A stretch of 64,000 nucleotides of DNA from Macrostomum lignano (lineage: Eukaryota). Positions 12,887 to 31,490 of this stretch are shown here, in pieces. The notes beneath the pieces are model-generated. The model saw nothing but the letters and a program-made list of their open reading frames with translations. It was not told the origin of the DNA and ran no database searches. The stretch covers positions 134,537-198,536 of the forward strand of contig NIVC01001690.1 in NCBI GenBank assembly GCA_002269645.1, written 5' to 3'. How positions within the stretch are numbered: the first letter of the stretch is position 1; each line of letters opens with the position of its first letter. Position numbers and translations under genes: made by a program.

Positions 12887-14065
12887 GTCTGTCTGTCTGT
12901 CTGTCTGTCTTAGTGTCTGTCTGTCTGTCTGTGTGTCTGTCTGTCTGTCTGTCTGTCTGTCTTAGTGTCTGTCTGTCTGTCTGTGTGTCTGTCTGTCTGC
13001 CTGTCTGTCTGTCTGTCTGTATGTCTGTCTGTCTGTCTGTGTCTTGTCTGTCTGTCTGTCTGTGTCTGTCTATCTGTCTGTCTGTCTGTCTGTCTGTGTC
13101 TTGTCTGTCTGTCTGTCTGTGTCTGTCTATCTGTCTGTCTGTCTGTCTGTCTGTGTCTGTCTGTCTGTCTGTCTGTCTCTGTCTGTCTGTCTGCATGTGC
13201 CTGTCTTTATTTCCTGGTGTATGCATAATATTAGTCTCCTGTCTGCCTGTCCTTCCCTACACTGACCCGATTCCCCACGCACTTCACTCCAGGGCCTGCC
13301 ATTCCCCGAAACGGAGCGCGAGTTCATAGAAACTGTGCTCCAGTTTGCCCAGCAACGCCTCGGCTTCGAACCGGGCGACACGGCGCTCCTAGCCTGGTCC
13401 ATCGGCGGCTACTCGGCCACCTGGGCGGCCGCCCGGCAGCCGCAGCTGCGCTACCTGCTGCTGGACGCCACGTTTGACAACATCGAAGAGCTAGCGGTGA
13501 AGGCCATGCCCAAGTTTGCCAGCTGGTTTGTGCGGTACGCCGTGAGACACCACCTGCGCCTGGACAATGCCGAGCAGCTGTGCCGGTGAGCTGCCTGCGG
13601 CTGTGTGTCTGTATCTATCTAACTATTTATATCTAACTATTTATCTATCTATCTATCTAACTATTTATATCTAACTATTTATCTACCTATCTATCTAACT
13701 ATCTATCTATCTATCTATCTAACTATTTATATCTAACTATTTATCTATCTATCTATCTAACTATTTATATCTAACTATTAATCTATCTATCTATCTAACT
13801 ATTTATATCTAACTATTTATCTACCTATCTATCTAACTATTTATATCTAACTATGTATCTATCTATCTATCTAACTATTTATATCTAACTATTTATCTAC
13901 CTATCTATCTAACTATTTATCTATCTATCTATCTATCTATTTATATCTAACTATTTATCTACCTATCTATCTAACTATTTATCTATCTATCTATCTAACT
14001 ATTTATCTATCAAACTATTTACCTATCTATCTATCTAACTATTTATCTATCTATCTATCTATCCG

Positions 14066-14139
<74 letters not shown>

Positions 14140-14141
14140 CG

Positions 14142-14193
<52 letters not shown>

Positions 14194-14723
14194 ACTATCT
14201 ATCTATCTATCTAGCAGGCTGGTTCCAGCAGGTAGTTCCTCTGGATAAAAGCGCTTACCGCGCCCATTGGCTTTCCAGCTGCCTTAATCGTTTCCGGTGA
14301 TCTTGTGTGCGTGCATTCAGCTTGATTGGCTGCGGCAAGCAAGCTCGAAAGAGCTCGCTTCGCTCGCTCTTTCTCGCTATCTACCATCTATTGCCAGGAC
14401 CTGCACCGGAGCGGTTACGAAAATTAGATTTCTCGGTAGTTGCTCGCACTCTTTTGCACTACTTGAGTAGTCTGATTTTCGAACGGCAGGCTGGTTCCAG
14501 CAGGTAGTTCCTCTGGATAAAAGCGCTTACCGCGCCCATTGGCTTTCCAGCTGCCTTAATCGTTTCCGGTGATCTTGTGTGCGTGCATTCAGCTTGATTG
14601 GCTGCGGCAAGCAAGCTCGAAAGAGCTCGCTTCGCTCGCTCTTTCTCGCTATCTACTATCTATCTGTCTATCTATCTATCTATCTATCTATCTGTCTATC
14701 TATCTATCTATCTATCTATCTAG

Positions 14724-14759
<36 letters not shown>

Positions 14760-14762
14760 GTG

Positions 14763-14846
<84 letters not shown>

Positions 14847-14890
14847 GCTATCTATCTATCTATCTATCTATTTATCTATCTATCTATGTG

Positions 14891-14940
<50 letters not shown>

Positions 14941-17900
14941 AGTTACTTGTAATGTATGCTGAAATGTACAGCAACTGCAATATTTCACAAACGCAGTTCT
15001 CCAAAATAAAAAAACACTTGGTTTTCTCACTGCATGACTCTTCATTTCGCAAATTTTGTTTTTAAACAAACTTTTGCTTTAAGTAACAGTGACTGACTGC
15101 TTGACTATTCTAATAATAAGATTCTGACAAGTCACTGATGACGGAACTTCAGCAGTTGTGCGCGACATAAAACGCAGAGCTTTCTGCTTTTGACAAGCTG
15201 TGGGAAAAGTACTTTTCTGCGGTGGCATTAACTTTTAGAATAAGTGCGAGAGTAACGGCTGCATCTCAAGTTGCCTATTAAATGCTTTTAATTGCGGTTG
15301 TATGTTGCCAGAATATCATTTGGGATATGAGACATGTGGAATTAGTGATATGGGATTAAGAAGGCAGATATAGAATTAGGGAATTGGATATGGGATTAGG
15401 AAATGATATCTGGGAATATGGGATTAAGGAATCTGATATGGAATTCGGAATGGGATATGAGATTTGAAAATAAGATCATAAAGGCTGTATCGAATCTTAA
15501 AAAAAGGAATTATGGGAATTAAAATGGGAAAGAAGTTGATCAGAATAAGTTAACCGTGATGCTGACTGTGCCATTGTGTGCCAGTCCGGTGGACCGTTAT
15601 AATTGTGGAATATGCTGTAACGAAAACATGAACGCATAATTAATTAGCGAGATTAAGTTAATTGACCTGTCCGCAGTTTAGCAACCATTGTCGCTCTCAG
15701 ATTTGCGTCGGCTGTTAGAAAGAACACAGGATAAGCCAGACAGGTAGCCTGAGCTATCCACCTGGCATTGGATACGCTGCTCCAGTTTAATAGCATATTG
15801 GTCTCGATTATCTCCTGTTGCCGCAGCTGTGGCAGGCAGTGCAGCAGGTTGCACATGGCATAGGGGGACCAGAATGCCAGGCTGACAAACAGGAGGCTGA
15901 GGTGCAGGCCCATGACTTCAGTCGGCTGTCTCGGCTCTGGGGCCATATCGCTGTAAGCAAATCATTATTTTGGGAGCGAAATGAGGCCTAAATAAAGAGG
16001 AAGGAGGAGAGCGGGTAAGGATGGGAGAGAGCAGATAGGGAAGGGAGAGAGCGGATAGGGAAGGGAGAGAGCGGATAGGGAAGGGAGAGAGCGGATAGGG
16101 AAGGGAGAGAGCGGATAGGGAAGGGAGAGAGCGGATAGGGAAGGGAGAGAGCGGATAGGGAGGGAAGAGAGCGGGTAGGGAAGGGAGAGAGCGGATAGGG
16201 AGGGAAGAGAGCGGGTAGGGAAGGGAGAGAGCGGATAGGGAAGGGAGAGAGCGGATAGGGAAGGGAGAGAGCGGATAGGGAAGGGAGAGAGCGGATAGGG
16301 AAGGGAGAGAGCGGATAGGGAAGGGAGAGAGCGGATAGGGAAGGGAGAGAGCGGATAGGGAAGAGAGAGAGCGGATAGGGAAGGGAGAGAGCGGGTAGGG
16401 AAGGGGGAGAGAGCGGGTAGGAAAGGGGAGAGAGCGGGTAGGAAAGGGGGAGAGAGCGGTTAGGGAGGCGCGAGGGCACTGAAGAAAACACAATAATTAG
16501 GCATAGTTTAAGCAGAAGAACAAATTTTTGCAAAAATAAATTGACTCAGAGTTGCTCACCTTTGCTCCTCCGGTCCCCTCTCGTTCTCCTCTTGAATAAC
16601 TTCGAGAGCCCCATTGTTCAGTCTTGACTGCTGTCCTGTGACGATATAGCAGACTTCAGATGCACTGTTCTCCTCCGTACGCAGACTCCTTGGACAGTGA
16701 TGGAGTGTGCAGCATCTCTGCCATCTGCAGCTGCTCATAGCAAGCCAAGCCAGCGTCCCACCGCAGGCCGCAGTGGCCGGCAGGGCCCAGCCTAAAATCC
16801 ATCGCATCAGCGTCAAATTCGGGTGGCAACTGCCGCAGCCAACAACCTGGCTATTGTCGTTGCCAGCTAAATAAGGAGGCCTGCTGTTGTCAAGTATTGC
16901 AGATGCCGCAAATGCTGCAGTCGTTTGCGCAATCGCTGTGCACCAAGGCGCGGCCAGAGTCAGGCAGAAAAGCTTCCGATTGTTGCTCCTGTTGCCTGGT
17001 TGCAGGCGCGTTAGACAGGCCTCAATGCTGCAGCAGATGGTGTGCAGATAGGCCAGATGGCACTGGACTGTGTCAATGTAGATGCTGGCTGTGCACAGCA
17101 GGTCCGTGACCGATGCACCTTGAAGTGGGAGAACTGCTTGTAAAGTCAAAGCGATCTTTATGAAGGCAGACTTTTGTTGATGTAGAATTTCACGTTGAAA
17201 CTTGACTTCCAGCTTCATCAGTGAATCTTGCAGCTTCATCAGAGAATCTCCTTGCAGCTTCATCAGAGAATCACCTTACACCTTCATCAAAGAATCTCCT
17301 TACAGCTTCATCAGAGAATCTCCTTACAACTTCATCAGAGAATCTCCTTCCAGCTTCATCAGAGAATCTCCTTGCAGCTTCTTAGAGAATCTCCTTGCAG
17401 CTTCATCAGAGAATCTCCTTGCAGCTTCATCAGAGAATCTCATTCCAGCTTCATCAGAGAATCTCCTTGCAGCTTCATCAGAGAATCTCCTTACAGCTTC
17501 ATCAGAGAATCTCCTTGCAGCTTCATCAGAGAATCTCCTTGCAGCTTCTTAGAGAATCTCCTTGCAGCTTCTTAGAGAATCTCCTTGCAGCTTCATCAGA
17601 GAATCTCCTTGCAGCTTCTTAGAGAATCTCCTTGCAGCTTCATCAGAGAATCTCCTTCCAGCTTCATCAGAGAATCTCCTTGCAGCTTCATCAGAGAATC
17701 TCCTTGCAGCTTCTTAGAGAATCTCCTTCCAGCTTCATCAGAGAATCTCCTTGCAGCTTCTTAGAGAATCTCCTTCCAGCTTCATCAGAGAATCTCCTTG
17801 CAGCTTCTTAGAGAATCTCCTTCCAGCTTCATCAGAGAATCTCCTTGCAGCTTCATCAGAGAATCTCCTTGCAGCTTCATCAGAGAATCTCCTTCCAGCT

Positions 17901-18810
17901 TCATCAGAGAATCTCCTTGTAGCTTTATAGGGGAATCTCCTTACAGCTTCATCAGAGAATCTCCTTGCAGCTTCATAGGGGAATCTCCTTACAGCTTCAT
18001 CAGAGAATCTCCTTACAGCTTCATCAGAGAATCTCCTTCCAGCTTCATCAGAGAATCTCCTTGCAGCTTCTTAGAGAATCTCCTTGCAGCTTCATCAGAG
18101 AATCTCCTTGCAGCTTCATCAGAGAATCTCCTTGCAGCTTCATCAGAGAATCTCCTTGCAGCTTCATCAGAGAATCTCCTTGCAGCTTCTTAGAGAATCT
18201 CCTTACAGCTTCATCAGAGAATCTCCTTCCAGCTTCATCAGAGAATCTCCTTGCAGCTTCATAGGGGAATCTCCTTACAGCTTCATCAAAAAAATTCCCA
18301 GCTTCATCTAAGAAATTCATAGGGAGAGAGTCGTCAATACCCTGGTGTACAGAAGTACAAGAAAGTCGTGATAATGCACAATAACAACCTCTGCGACCCG
18401 AACTTCTTATCCCAAATCTGCTGCGGCATCGAAATGCCTGGAGGACGCATTAACTTCCACATCTGGCAGGCAAAACTTTTTTGCTGTCTGGTGTCCGCCC
18501 ACCGGTGTGCCAGGTTGTAAATCACTGGCGCCCCTGTTCAGCCTCCTTCATCCTATGCTGGATAATCTCTCCGTTGCTTCCTGTTTCTTCAGCTTGCTTT
18601 ACTAAAGCATTCATCCTGTCCGCCTGCAACGTTTTTAAGTTAAATGCGGGCCTGCCTACGAGGGTGACTCCCACCATGCAATGCTGCAGCGCCAGCACTT
18701 GTGCCTGGGGAGTGAGCTACTCAGTGTGGTTTTGAGTCATGTCTGTCTATCTACAATACGAGTGTATATCTCTGTCTATCTATCTGTCTATCTATCTATC
18801 TATCTATCTG

Positions 18811-18852
<42 letters not shown>

Positions 18853-19005
18853 CATCTATCTACCTATCTATCTATCTATCCATCCATCTATCCATCTATC
18901 TATCTATCTATCCATATATCTATCTATCTATCTATCTATCTATCCATCCATCTATCCATCTATCTATCTATCTATCCATCTATCTATCTATCTATCTATC
19001 TATCC

Positions 19006-19045
<40 letters not shown>

Positions 19046-21724
19046 CTCCATCTATGTATCTATCCATCTATCTATCTTATCTGTCTGACTGACTGTCTAT
19101 CGATCTCATCTCTTTATCTCCCCCACCACAGCTACCACTCGCAGTGAATCACATTCCAATCAGCTAACCAACGAGTTCCACAGCCGCAGCCGTTGGGGCG
19201 CAGACGGCGCACTGCAGCAGCATGGCTGCGCACACGGACAGCACGTAGTGATAGCAGTGGCCGTCGGCATGCACAGTGGCAGCCGCGGCCATAGTGAGGC
19301 AGTTGAGAACCAGCGCTGCCAGCAGTAGAATTATCAGCAACGCGTAGGCCAACGCTGCGGCTGTCGCAGCCATGACTCGGCTAATTTTTTCTTACTATTG
19401 TCCGAGTCGATGTCGGCTCTGAAAGGTCCTTTGTTTTAGCGAACGAATATTTTTCCGCAATATTTCTTCTACTCCGGTCTTCTTCACGAACACGACATAA
19501 AAGCTGCGCGCTCATTGGCTAAGACGCTTACTGCCCAATCTATGCTGCAATCTATCTATATCTTGGGAGAAAAATCCGCTGTTAAATTTCTTTCTATTAG
19601 TTGGGGCTATGAAACGCTTAATGAATATGACTTCATACTGACTATTAGTGTCTAGTTTTTCGTCGGAGCAATAAAAAGACAATTCACAGCACAAAAATGA
19701 CGTATATGATGGATGACGTCCTTTTAGACTATTGATGTTATACCACTGACTTGATGTCATATAAATAATGACATCACAGTAAGCCAATGACGTCATAGTT
19801 AATCCTGTTGTGAAATCAGCCACATATAAGAATACGATATTAGAATGCGAAGCGCAAACAGAGGCGCGAGCCTGCCTGGGCACAATTAGGGAATATATCT
19901 AGAGATAAGAAATGAGGTGGCTAGCATTGGCGAGTCAAGAAGGGGTGGGGCGATCGATAAGCGAGGGAGGGGGCGAGGGAGGGGCTAAGAACTCGTAAAT
20001 TGAAGGTTTGGTGTAGCAGCTGGCAGCCAGAACCAGTTCCAATACAAATCCAATTACGTCATAGTTAGGCCAATGACATCATAGTTAAACTGATGACGTC
20101 ATAGTTAGGCCAATGACATCATAGTTAAACTGATGACGTCATAGTTAAACTGATGACATCCTTGTTACTAAAAAGGTCATATTTAAATTAAAAGTAGATT
20201 ACCTCAACTACCCTTTGTCTTAATTACCCAATCGCTTCTTGCCTCGCCTAGCTACCCCGGCCCGGTGAAGATAATCCGCCGAACCCAGGACGAGATGATC
20301 ACCACTGGCCGGCCTGGCGAGCTGGTCACGAATCGCGGCAACCAGCTACTGCTGGCTCTGCTTCGTCGGCGCTACCCGAACTTGCTGCCGGCGCCTGGCG
20401 CCGCCGGTGGCGCCAGCGATGGACTGATCGTGCTGAATTGCTTTCTAGCGAGGGGCCAGAAGGTTCGTTTCATTTTTTAGATACAACAGCGAATTTTTTA
20501 TTATAATTAATAATTTTTTTACATCAACAGTTAGTTCAGCCGATATGTATCGAAAGTAGAGTTTCTATTATCGATATTTTTGCATTGTATGTTATGTAGT
20601 AGCCGATAAGTGTAGAAAAGAAAATGAGATCTGGTAATCTTTGTTTTGACAACCGTCATGTATGGAAAAAAATATGTTTTACTTTATGTCCAAAATTGCC
20701 GATATGTATCGTAATTAGTGTTTATATCATACCTATAACATCCGGTGTTCGTCGTATAAATGAAAAAGTATACATGAATATGGATTAGCCGATATGTATA
20801 GAAAGAAATAATATTACGATTAGTCTATAACTGCCGATATGTATTGAAACAATAAAAAATCAAGTATACATTTATCTCTTCAATCAGGCCCAATTAACCG
20901 AATACCTGGCCTCGGTTGGCTACATCGGGGACGAGGCCTGTCTGCGCCATCTGGCCAATAGTCGACGCCGCCGACTGCGTCAGATTGGCAATCAAAACCC
21001 CGGCCGGCAGATCTACCCGCTGGACATCGGAGTTGGGCTCGGTCAAGCCGATCGCGTCAGCGTCCTGCTGTTCCTGGTCAGCTCATTTCCCAATATTTCG
21101 TGTATTTTTATAAATTCTTTCAAATTTTAATTACTACATACTATTTTTACTACTTATTCCATCAAGTTTCAGTAGTATTATGTAGGTTTTAAGGCTTCAT
21201 ATAACCTATAACTAGCGGTTGGTTGGCCAAAGCTTAGTGGTTAGAGCGTCGGACTCTCGATTGAAAGGTCGGAGGTTCGATTCTCGACCCAGTTGGAACA
21301 ATTTGTGTTCTTGAGCAAGACGCTTTACTTTGCATTGCTTCAGTTCACTCAGCTGTAAAATGGGTGCCAGCATTAGCTGGGACAATAAAGGATGTGTGGC
21401 GCCCCCCCCCTCCCAGTCCTTGGACTGAACAGCACAGCTCATTAGGCATGAGTAATCAATTATTTATTATTATTAATATAGACTTTAAAATGGCATTTTT
21501 TACATTATTTCAAGGCGGGCAAGCTGATGGTGAATATGGAGTCCACCCACTGCACGCCTCTCACCCCGGGCCTGTTCACGCCGCCCTGGTCTGAGCTCAC
21601 TGAGCCGGCCCTGTGCGATGAAGCCGAACTGCAGCAGTTCAAAATTGATGACGGCCAGCTGCTTATCTCCGACCCGTCCGTCGGGCCCAGCAGCGAGAGC
21701 GACGCCTCCTGGGAGCCGGTTTAA
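10449..21724 (+). CDS. ABHD16A: ABHD16A (BAT5)-like alpha/beta-hydrolase (phosphatidylserine lipase family), 9 exons: 10449-10514, 10594-10650, 10740-10821, 11153-11574, 12502-12729, 13293-13585, 20252-20462, 20888-21076, 21515-21724; ~585 aa
   Basis: Family motifs in order: [38 protein letters not shown], nucleophile [20 protein letters not shown] (Asp), NRGNQLL, STHCTPL (His). All introns are GT-AG with consistent phases; total 1758 nt is divisible by 3. Confidence 0.92.
10985..11109. repeat. 28-bp tandem repeat (~4.5 units) in ABHD16A intron 3
   Basis: Unit CAGATCCTCAGTTGCTGGGCCAGCCT(C/A)C. Confidence 0.85.
11985..12290 (+). mobile_element. Dispersed repeat homologous to the sequence upstream of the Tc1 transposase at 32625-32895
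   Basis: Colinear shared blocks ATTTTATTGGCTCTTAC, GGCTAATGTACATTA(C/T)TGCTGAACCAATTAGCAAG, TATGTATTCTT...TGCTACTGAACTGAAA and GTTTTACTAAGTA. Confidence 0.65.
12750..13195. repeat. (TGTC)n microsatellite, ABHD16A intron 5
   Basis: Long GTCT run; the LSVC/TDRQ ORFs are artefacts of it. Confidence 0.95.
13612..14940. repeat. (TATC)n microsatellite with CTAACTATTTAT variants, interrupted by a 443-bp insert
   Basis: TATC runs at 13612-14213 and 14657-14940. Confidence 0.92.
14214..14656. repeat. 443-bp insert with identical 171-bp direct repeats (14214-14384, 14486-14656)
   Basis: The two copies are base-identical by eye, period 272 bp, flanked on both sides by (TATC)n. Confidence 0.85.
15653..19373 (-). 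CDS. Orphan rhodopsin-class (7TM) GPCR nested antisense in ABHD16A intron 6; exons 19373-19169, 17118-16560, 15950-15653; ~353 aa
   Basis: Seven hydrophobic segments: TM1 [19 protein letters not shown]2 [20 protein letters not shown]3 LCTAS...[11 protein letters not shown]4 [12 protein letters not shown]5 [11 protein letters not shown]6 [14 protein letters not shown]7 [14 protein letters not shown]. Introns are GT-AG in phases 1 and 2; 1062 nt open frame. Confidence 0.78.
16015..16460. repeat. 20-bp purine-rich minisatellite (GPCR intron 2)
   Basis: Unit GGGAAGGGAGAGAGCGGATA. Confidence 0.92.
17210..18310. repeat. 24-bp minisatellite (~45 units; GPCR intron 1)
   Basis: Unit GCAGCTTCATCAGAGAATCTCCTT, with 23-bp variants. 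Confidence 0.92.
18745..19085. repeat. (TATC/CATC)n microsatellite
   Basis: Direct reading. Confidence 0.92.
19750..20161. promoter_or_regulatory. Cluster of CRE-like palindromes and CCAAT motifs upstream of the nested GPCR
   Basis: TGACGTCA at 19788, 20094 and 20134; one-mismatch variants near 19752, 19769, 20054, 20074, 20114 and 20154. Function is inferred only. Confidence 0.4.
21221..21475 (+). mobile_element. tRNA-derived CORE-type SINE in ABHD16A intron 8
   Basis: tRNA-like head with A box (TAGTGGTTAGAGC) and B box (GGTTCGATTC). CORE-like block GTGTTCTTGAGCAAGACGCTTTAC...TTCAGTTCACTCAGCTGTAAAATGGG at 21305-21364. (TAT)n-like tail. Confidence 0.8.
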
Positions 21725-22544
21725 ACCGGTTTAATCGCGAATTAGTTTTGAACAGAAGCCCAGACGGCGAGGCGGGAAAAGCTGTCAGACTGGCCAGCTG
21801 ATGTCAATCGTGTTATTTTCCTAATCCATTATAATTGCTGTCGTATATTCTTTCTTGTTAATTGTTGCCACCTCAGCTAGTCTTTGTTTTTATTCAGTTG
21901 TTAAATTTGGCTTTGACCTTTTAATAGCGCTTGTTCTGTCAATCTGTCAATTTTATTCAAATTGCGGGTTTTGCCGATATGTATCGAAAAAAAACTTGTT
22001 TCTAAGCGGGGTTGATAATGAAAATATTTATTGCTATGCTTAGAAACTTAATTAGAAAGTTTTGTTTGATTGCTATTTATCGATACGTAGAGAGGATTTC
22101 GTCAGAAACGATGCTGTCTACTACTAATAGTAGTTCAGTATAAAACTTTGTGTATACGAGCTGTTAATTATAAAAATCTGTGATTTTAGCCGATATGTAT
22201 GGAAAATTAATATTGTTTCCTGTTGCTGACTTGTGTACTTTCTATTTCTGTTCCGGGTAAAGATTTTTAATCAATCCTTTCTGCTGTTTTGTTTTGTCAA
22301 CTTTTTATTCTTTTTTATTCCAGAGGTCCACGATCTGAAGCAGCCACTTTCCTATTTGAGCATCAAAAAATAAATATGGTCAGACTTTGTCATCCTTTGA
22401 CAGCCGGATTTTAACAACCAAGGCCTGGCTGTAACTAAATTTAACGAGGCCAAAACATATGCAGCTTGGAATTCTCACCAAATTACTTTTTTGTCAGTTA
22501 TTATCTCACCAACACAGGTAGCCAACTTGAGAGGCCAACTGCCT

Positions 22545-22965
22545 CACGAGAGGCCAGAAAAGGAGGCCAACAGCCCCAGGAGAGGCCAGTAAGAGGGACC
22601 AACACTAGAGGCCGCCTCAGTAGAGCCCAACAGGAGAGGCCAACAAGAGAGGCCAACAAGAAAGTCAACAGGAGAGGCCAACAAGAGAGGCCAACAAGGT
22701 CAACAAGAGGCCATTAAGAAGGTCAACAAGAGAGGCCATTAAGAAGGTCAACAGGGAAGGCCAACAAGAGAGGCCAACAAGGTCAACAAGAGAGGCCATT
22801 AAGAAGTCAACAAGAGAGGCCAACAAGAAAGTCAACAGGAGAGGCCAACAAGAGAGGCCAACAAGAAAGTCAACAGGAGAGGCCAACAAGAAAGTCAACA
22901 GGAGAGGCCAACAAGAGAGGCCAACAAGAAAGTCAACAGGAGAGGCCAACAATAAAGGTCGACAC
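22545..22965. repeat. Degenerate ~25-bp minisatellite
   Basis: GGAGAGGCCAACAAGAAAGTCAACA-type units. Confidence 0.85.
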
Positions 22966-23624
22966 GACAAACTGGACAAGGTCAAGTGCGTCTTTTTTTT
23001 AAGAAAATTCAATTACAAATGATTAAAGCAATCAGTCTGTGTAAAAATGATTTGGATATTGTGGAATATCTACGATTGTTTTTATTGATGTATTTATTGT
23101 ATTTTCCTGAATATTGTACATGCTCATGTTTGTGAGCACATTTGAAAATATTACACTAGATACATTGAGTAGTTCATTGTTCTGTTCCAAGCAATCAAAG
23201 TGTCGATCGAATTTATAATTTAAAATAATATAATTTAATACTGGGTATAATTTAATTTTGGCATATTGTTTAGTACAAATATTCGCATTATGGTGTCTGC
23301 ACCCACAGTTCAGAGCAGTTAAAATTAGAGAGGAAAATTATAAAATAAAAAATACTTTTTTCTCCTGTTGGCAAAATTAATGCTGCTGTCCCGGTCTCTG
23401 TTTCTCAGATGCTGACTGTTATTTTAATGTTGCTGTCGTATCTGAGCAGCATTGTGCGATGCTCAAGCACCTGATGCTGGAATTTTTTAGTTTAAATAAT
23501 TTTATGTACACTATCTGCACATATAGCTCGTAGTGTGTACATTAGACACCCACCACCCACCACCACGCCACCCCATGAGACCCAGCGATTGCACCAAGAC
23601 ACCCGCCACCCCTGACACACATGT

Positions 23625-24170
23625 TTACCCTCCACACTGACTTCACCCTCAACCCCACCCACTTCACCCTCAACCCCATTACACCCATCACCCCACTTCA
23701 CCCTCAACCCCATTACGCCCACCACCCCACTTCACCCTCAACCCCATTACGCCCATCACCCCACTTCACCCTCAAACCCATTACGCCCACCACCCCACTT
23801 CACCCTCAACCCCATTACGCCCATCACCCCACTTCACCCTCAACCCCATTACGCCCATCACCCCACTTCACCCTCAACCCCATTACGCCCATCACCCCAC
23901 TTCACCCTCAACCCCATTACGCCCATCCCCCGACTTCACCCTCAACCCCATTTCGCCCATCACCCCACTTCACCCTCAACCCAATTACGCCCATCACCCC
24001 ACTTCACCCTCCACCCCATTACGCCCATCACCCCACTTCACCCTCAACCCAATTTCGCCCATCACCCCACTTCACCCTCCACCCCATTACGCCCATCACC
24101 CCACTTCACCCTCAACCCCATTTCGCCCATCACCCCACTTCACCCTCCACCCATTACGCCCACGCACCGC
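23625..24170. repeat. 34-bp C-rich minisatellite downstream of CUB-LDLa copy 1
   Basis: Unit CCCCACTTCACCCTCAACCCCATTACGCCCATCA; partner at 55755-56235. Confidence 0.9.
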
Positions 24171-24342
24171 CATGAATCCAATTTAACTTACGGCTGCAGG
24201 ACTCCTCGTCCGTTGGCTCTACTGATGGAATTATTTTTTCCCAAATTAGTGAGCGCATTTGAAATTATTACACTAAAAGAGGCATTGAGAAGTTTATTGT
24301 TCTGTTCCAAGCAATCAAGTGTGGAGATCCAGTTGAAGTCAT

Positions 24343-30663
<6,321 letters not shown>

Positions 30664-31199
30664 TGTGCCGTAATCCAAGTGTCCTACCAGAGTTGAAACT
30701 CAGTAGTCGGTTTAGTATGGAATCAGCAATCAATCAGTTATTAATGATTAGTTAGTTATCCTAATCGTAGCTTTTAATTTGTTATTTGCTCTCTTCTCGG
30801 TAGCAGCAAAATATGATTGATTTACGATGCTGTGCACGGGACTCCCGCTGGGACAGTGAGCTGCTGAGGCTGGGTTGTGCCACAGACTATCCTCTGCGGA
30901 CTGTACCTGGAGCCGACCTCGAATAGCAATAGCAAGGACTATACTTAAGCATTAGTACGATTTTCACGCGGCTCACAAATGATTCTATGGCAGCCACACA
31001 GCTGTAGAATTACAATTACTTACTACCGTCGTATTTGATGCTTCAGTATAAGCCTAAAAAAATTTGCAAATAGAATGTTGAACTTAATTAAAATACCTGT
31101 GACTGATGTGTTCATGCCGACAGAAATATGTATTTGTATTTTGAGAGCCGCAAATTTGAAAAAATACAGTGCATAGCGCAATGCAAGATGAAAATGGAA

Positions 31200-31490
31200 T
31201 AGATTTTATAGAATAGAACTTGTAGAATGAAACTTGTAGAATGAAACGTGTAGGATGACATTAAACCTGTAGAATGAAACTTGTAGAATGAAACTTGTAG
31301 AATGAAACTTGTACAATGAAACGTGTAGGATGACATTAAACCTGTAGAATGAAACTTGCAGAATGAAACTTGTAGAGTGAAACTTTTGTGGAATAAAACT
31401 TGTAGAATGAAACTCTCAGAATGAAATTTGCAGAATTAACCGTGTAGAATGAAACGTGTGGAATGAAACTTTTAGAACGAAACGTGTAGA
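31200..31490. repeat. 14-bp minisatellite
   Basis: GTAGAATGAAACTT units. Confidence 0.85.

Noticed and set aside
21221-21295. Functional tRNA gene (Glu-like CTC)
   Set aside because: The acceptor stem does not pair well, there is no T-run terminator, and it continues into a SINE CORE block.
20539-22200. CRISPR-like array (repeat plus unique spacers)
   Set aside because: Eukaryotic context, a repeat of only 12 bp, irregular spacing and no cas genes; kept only as a motif cluster.
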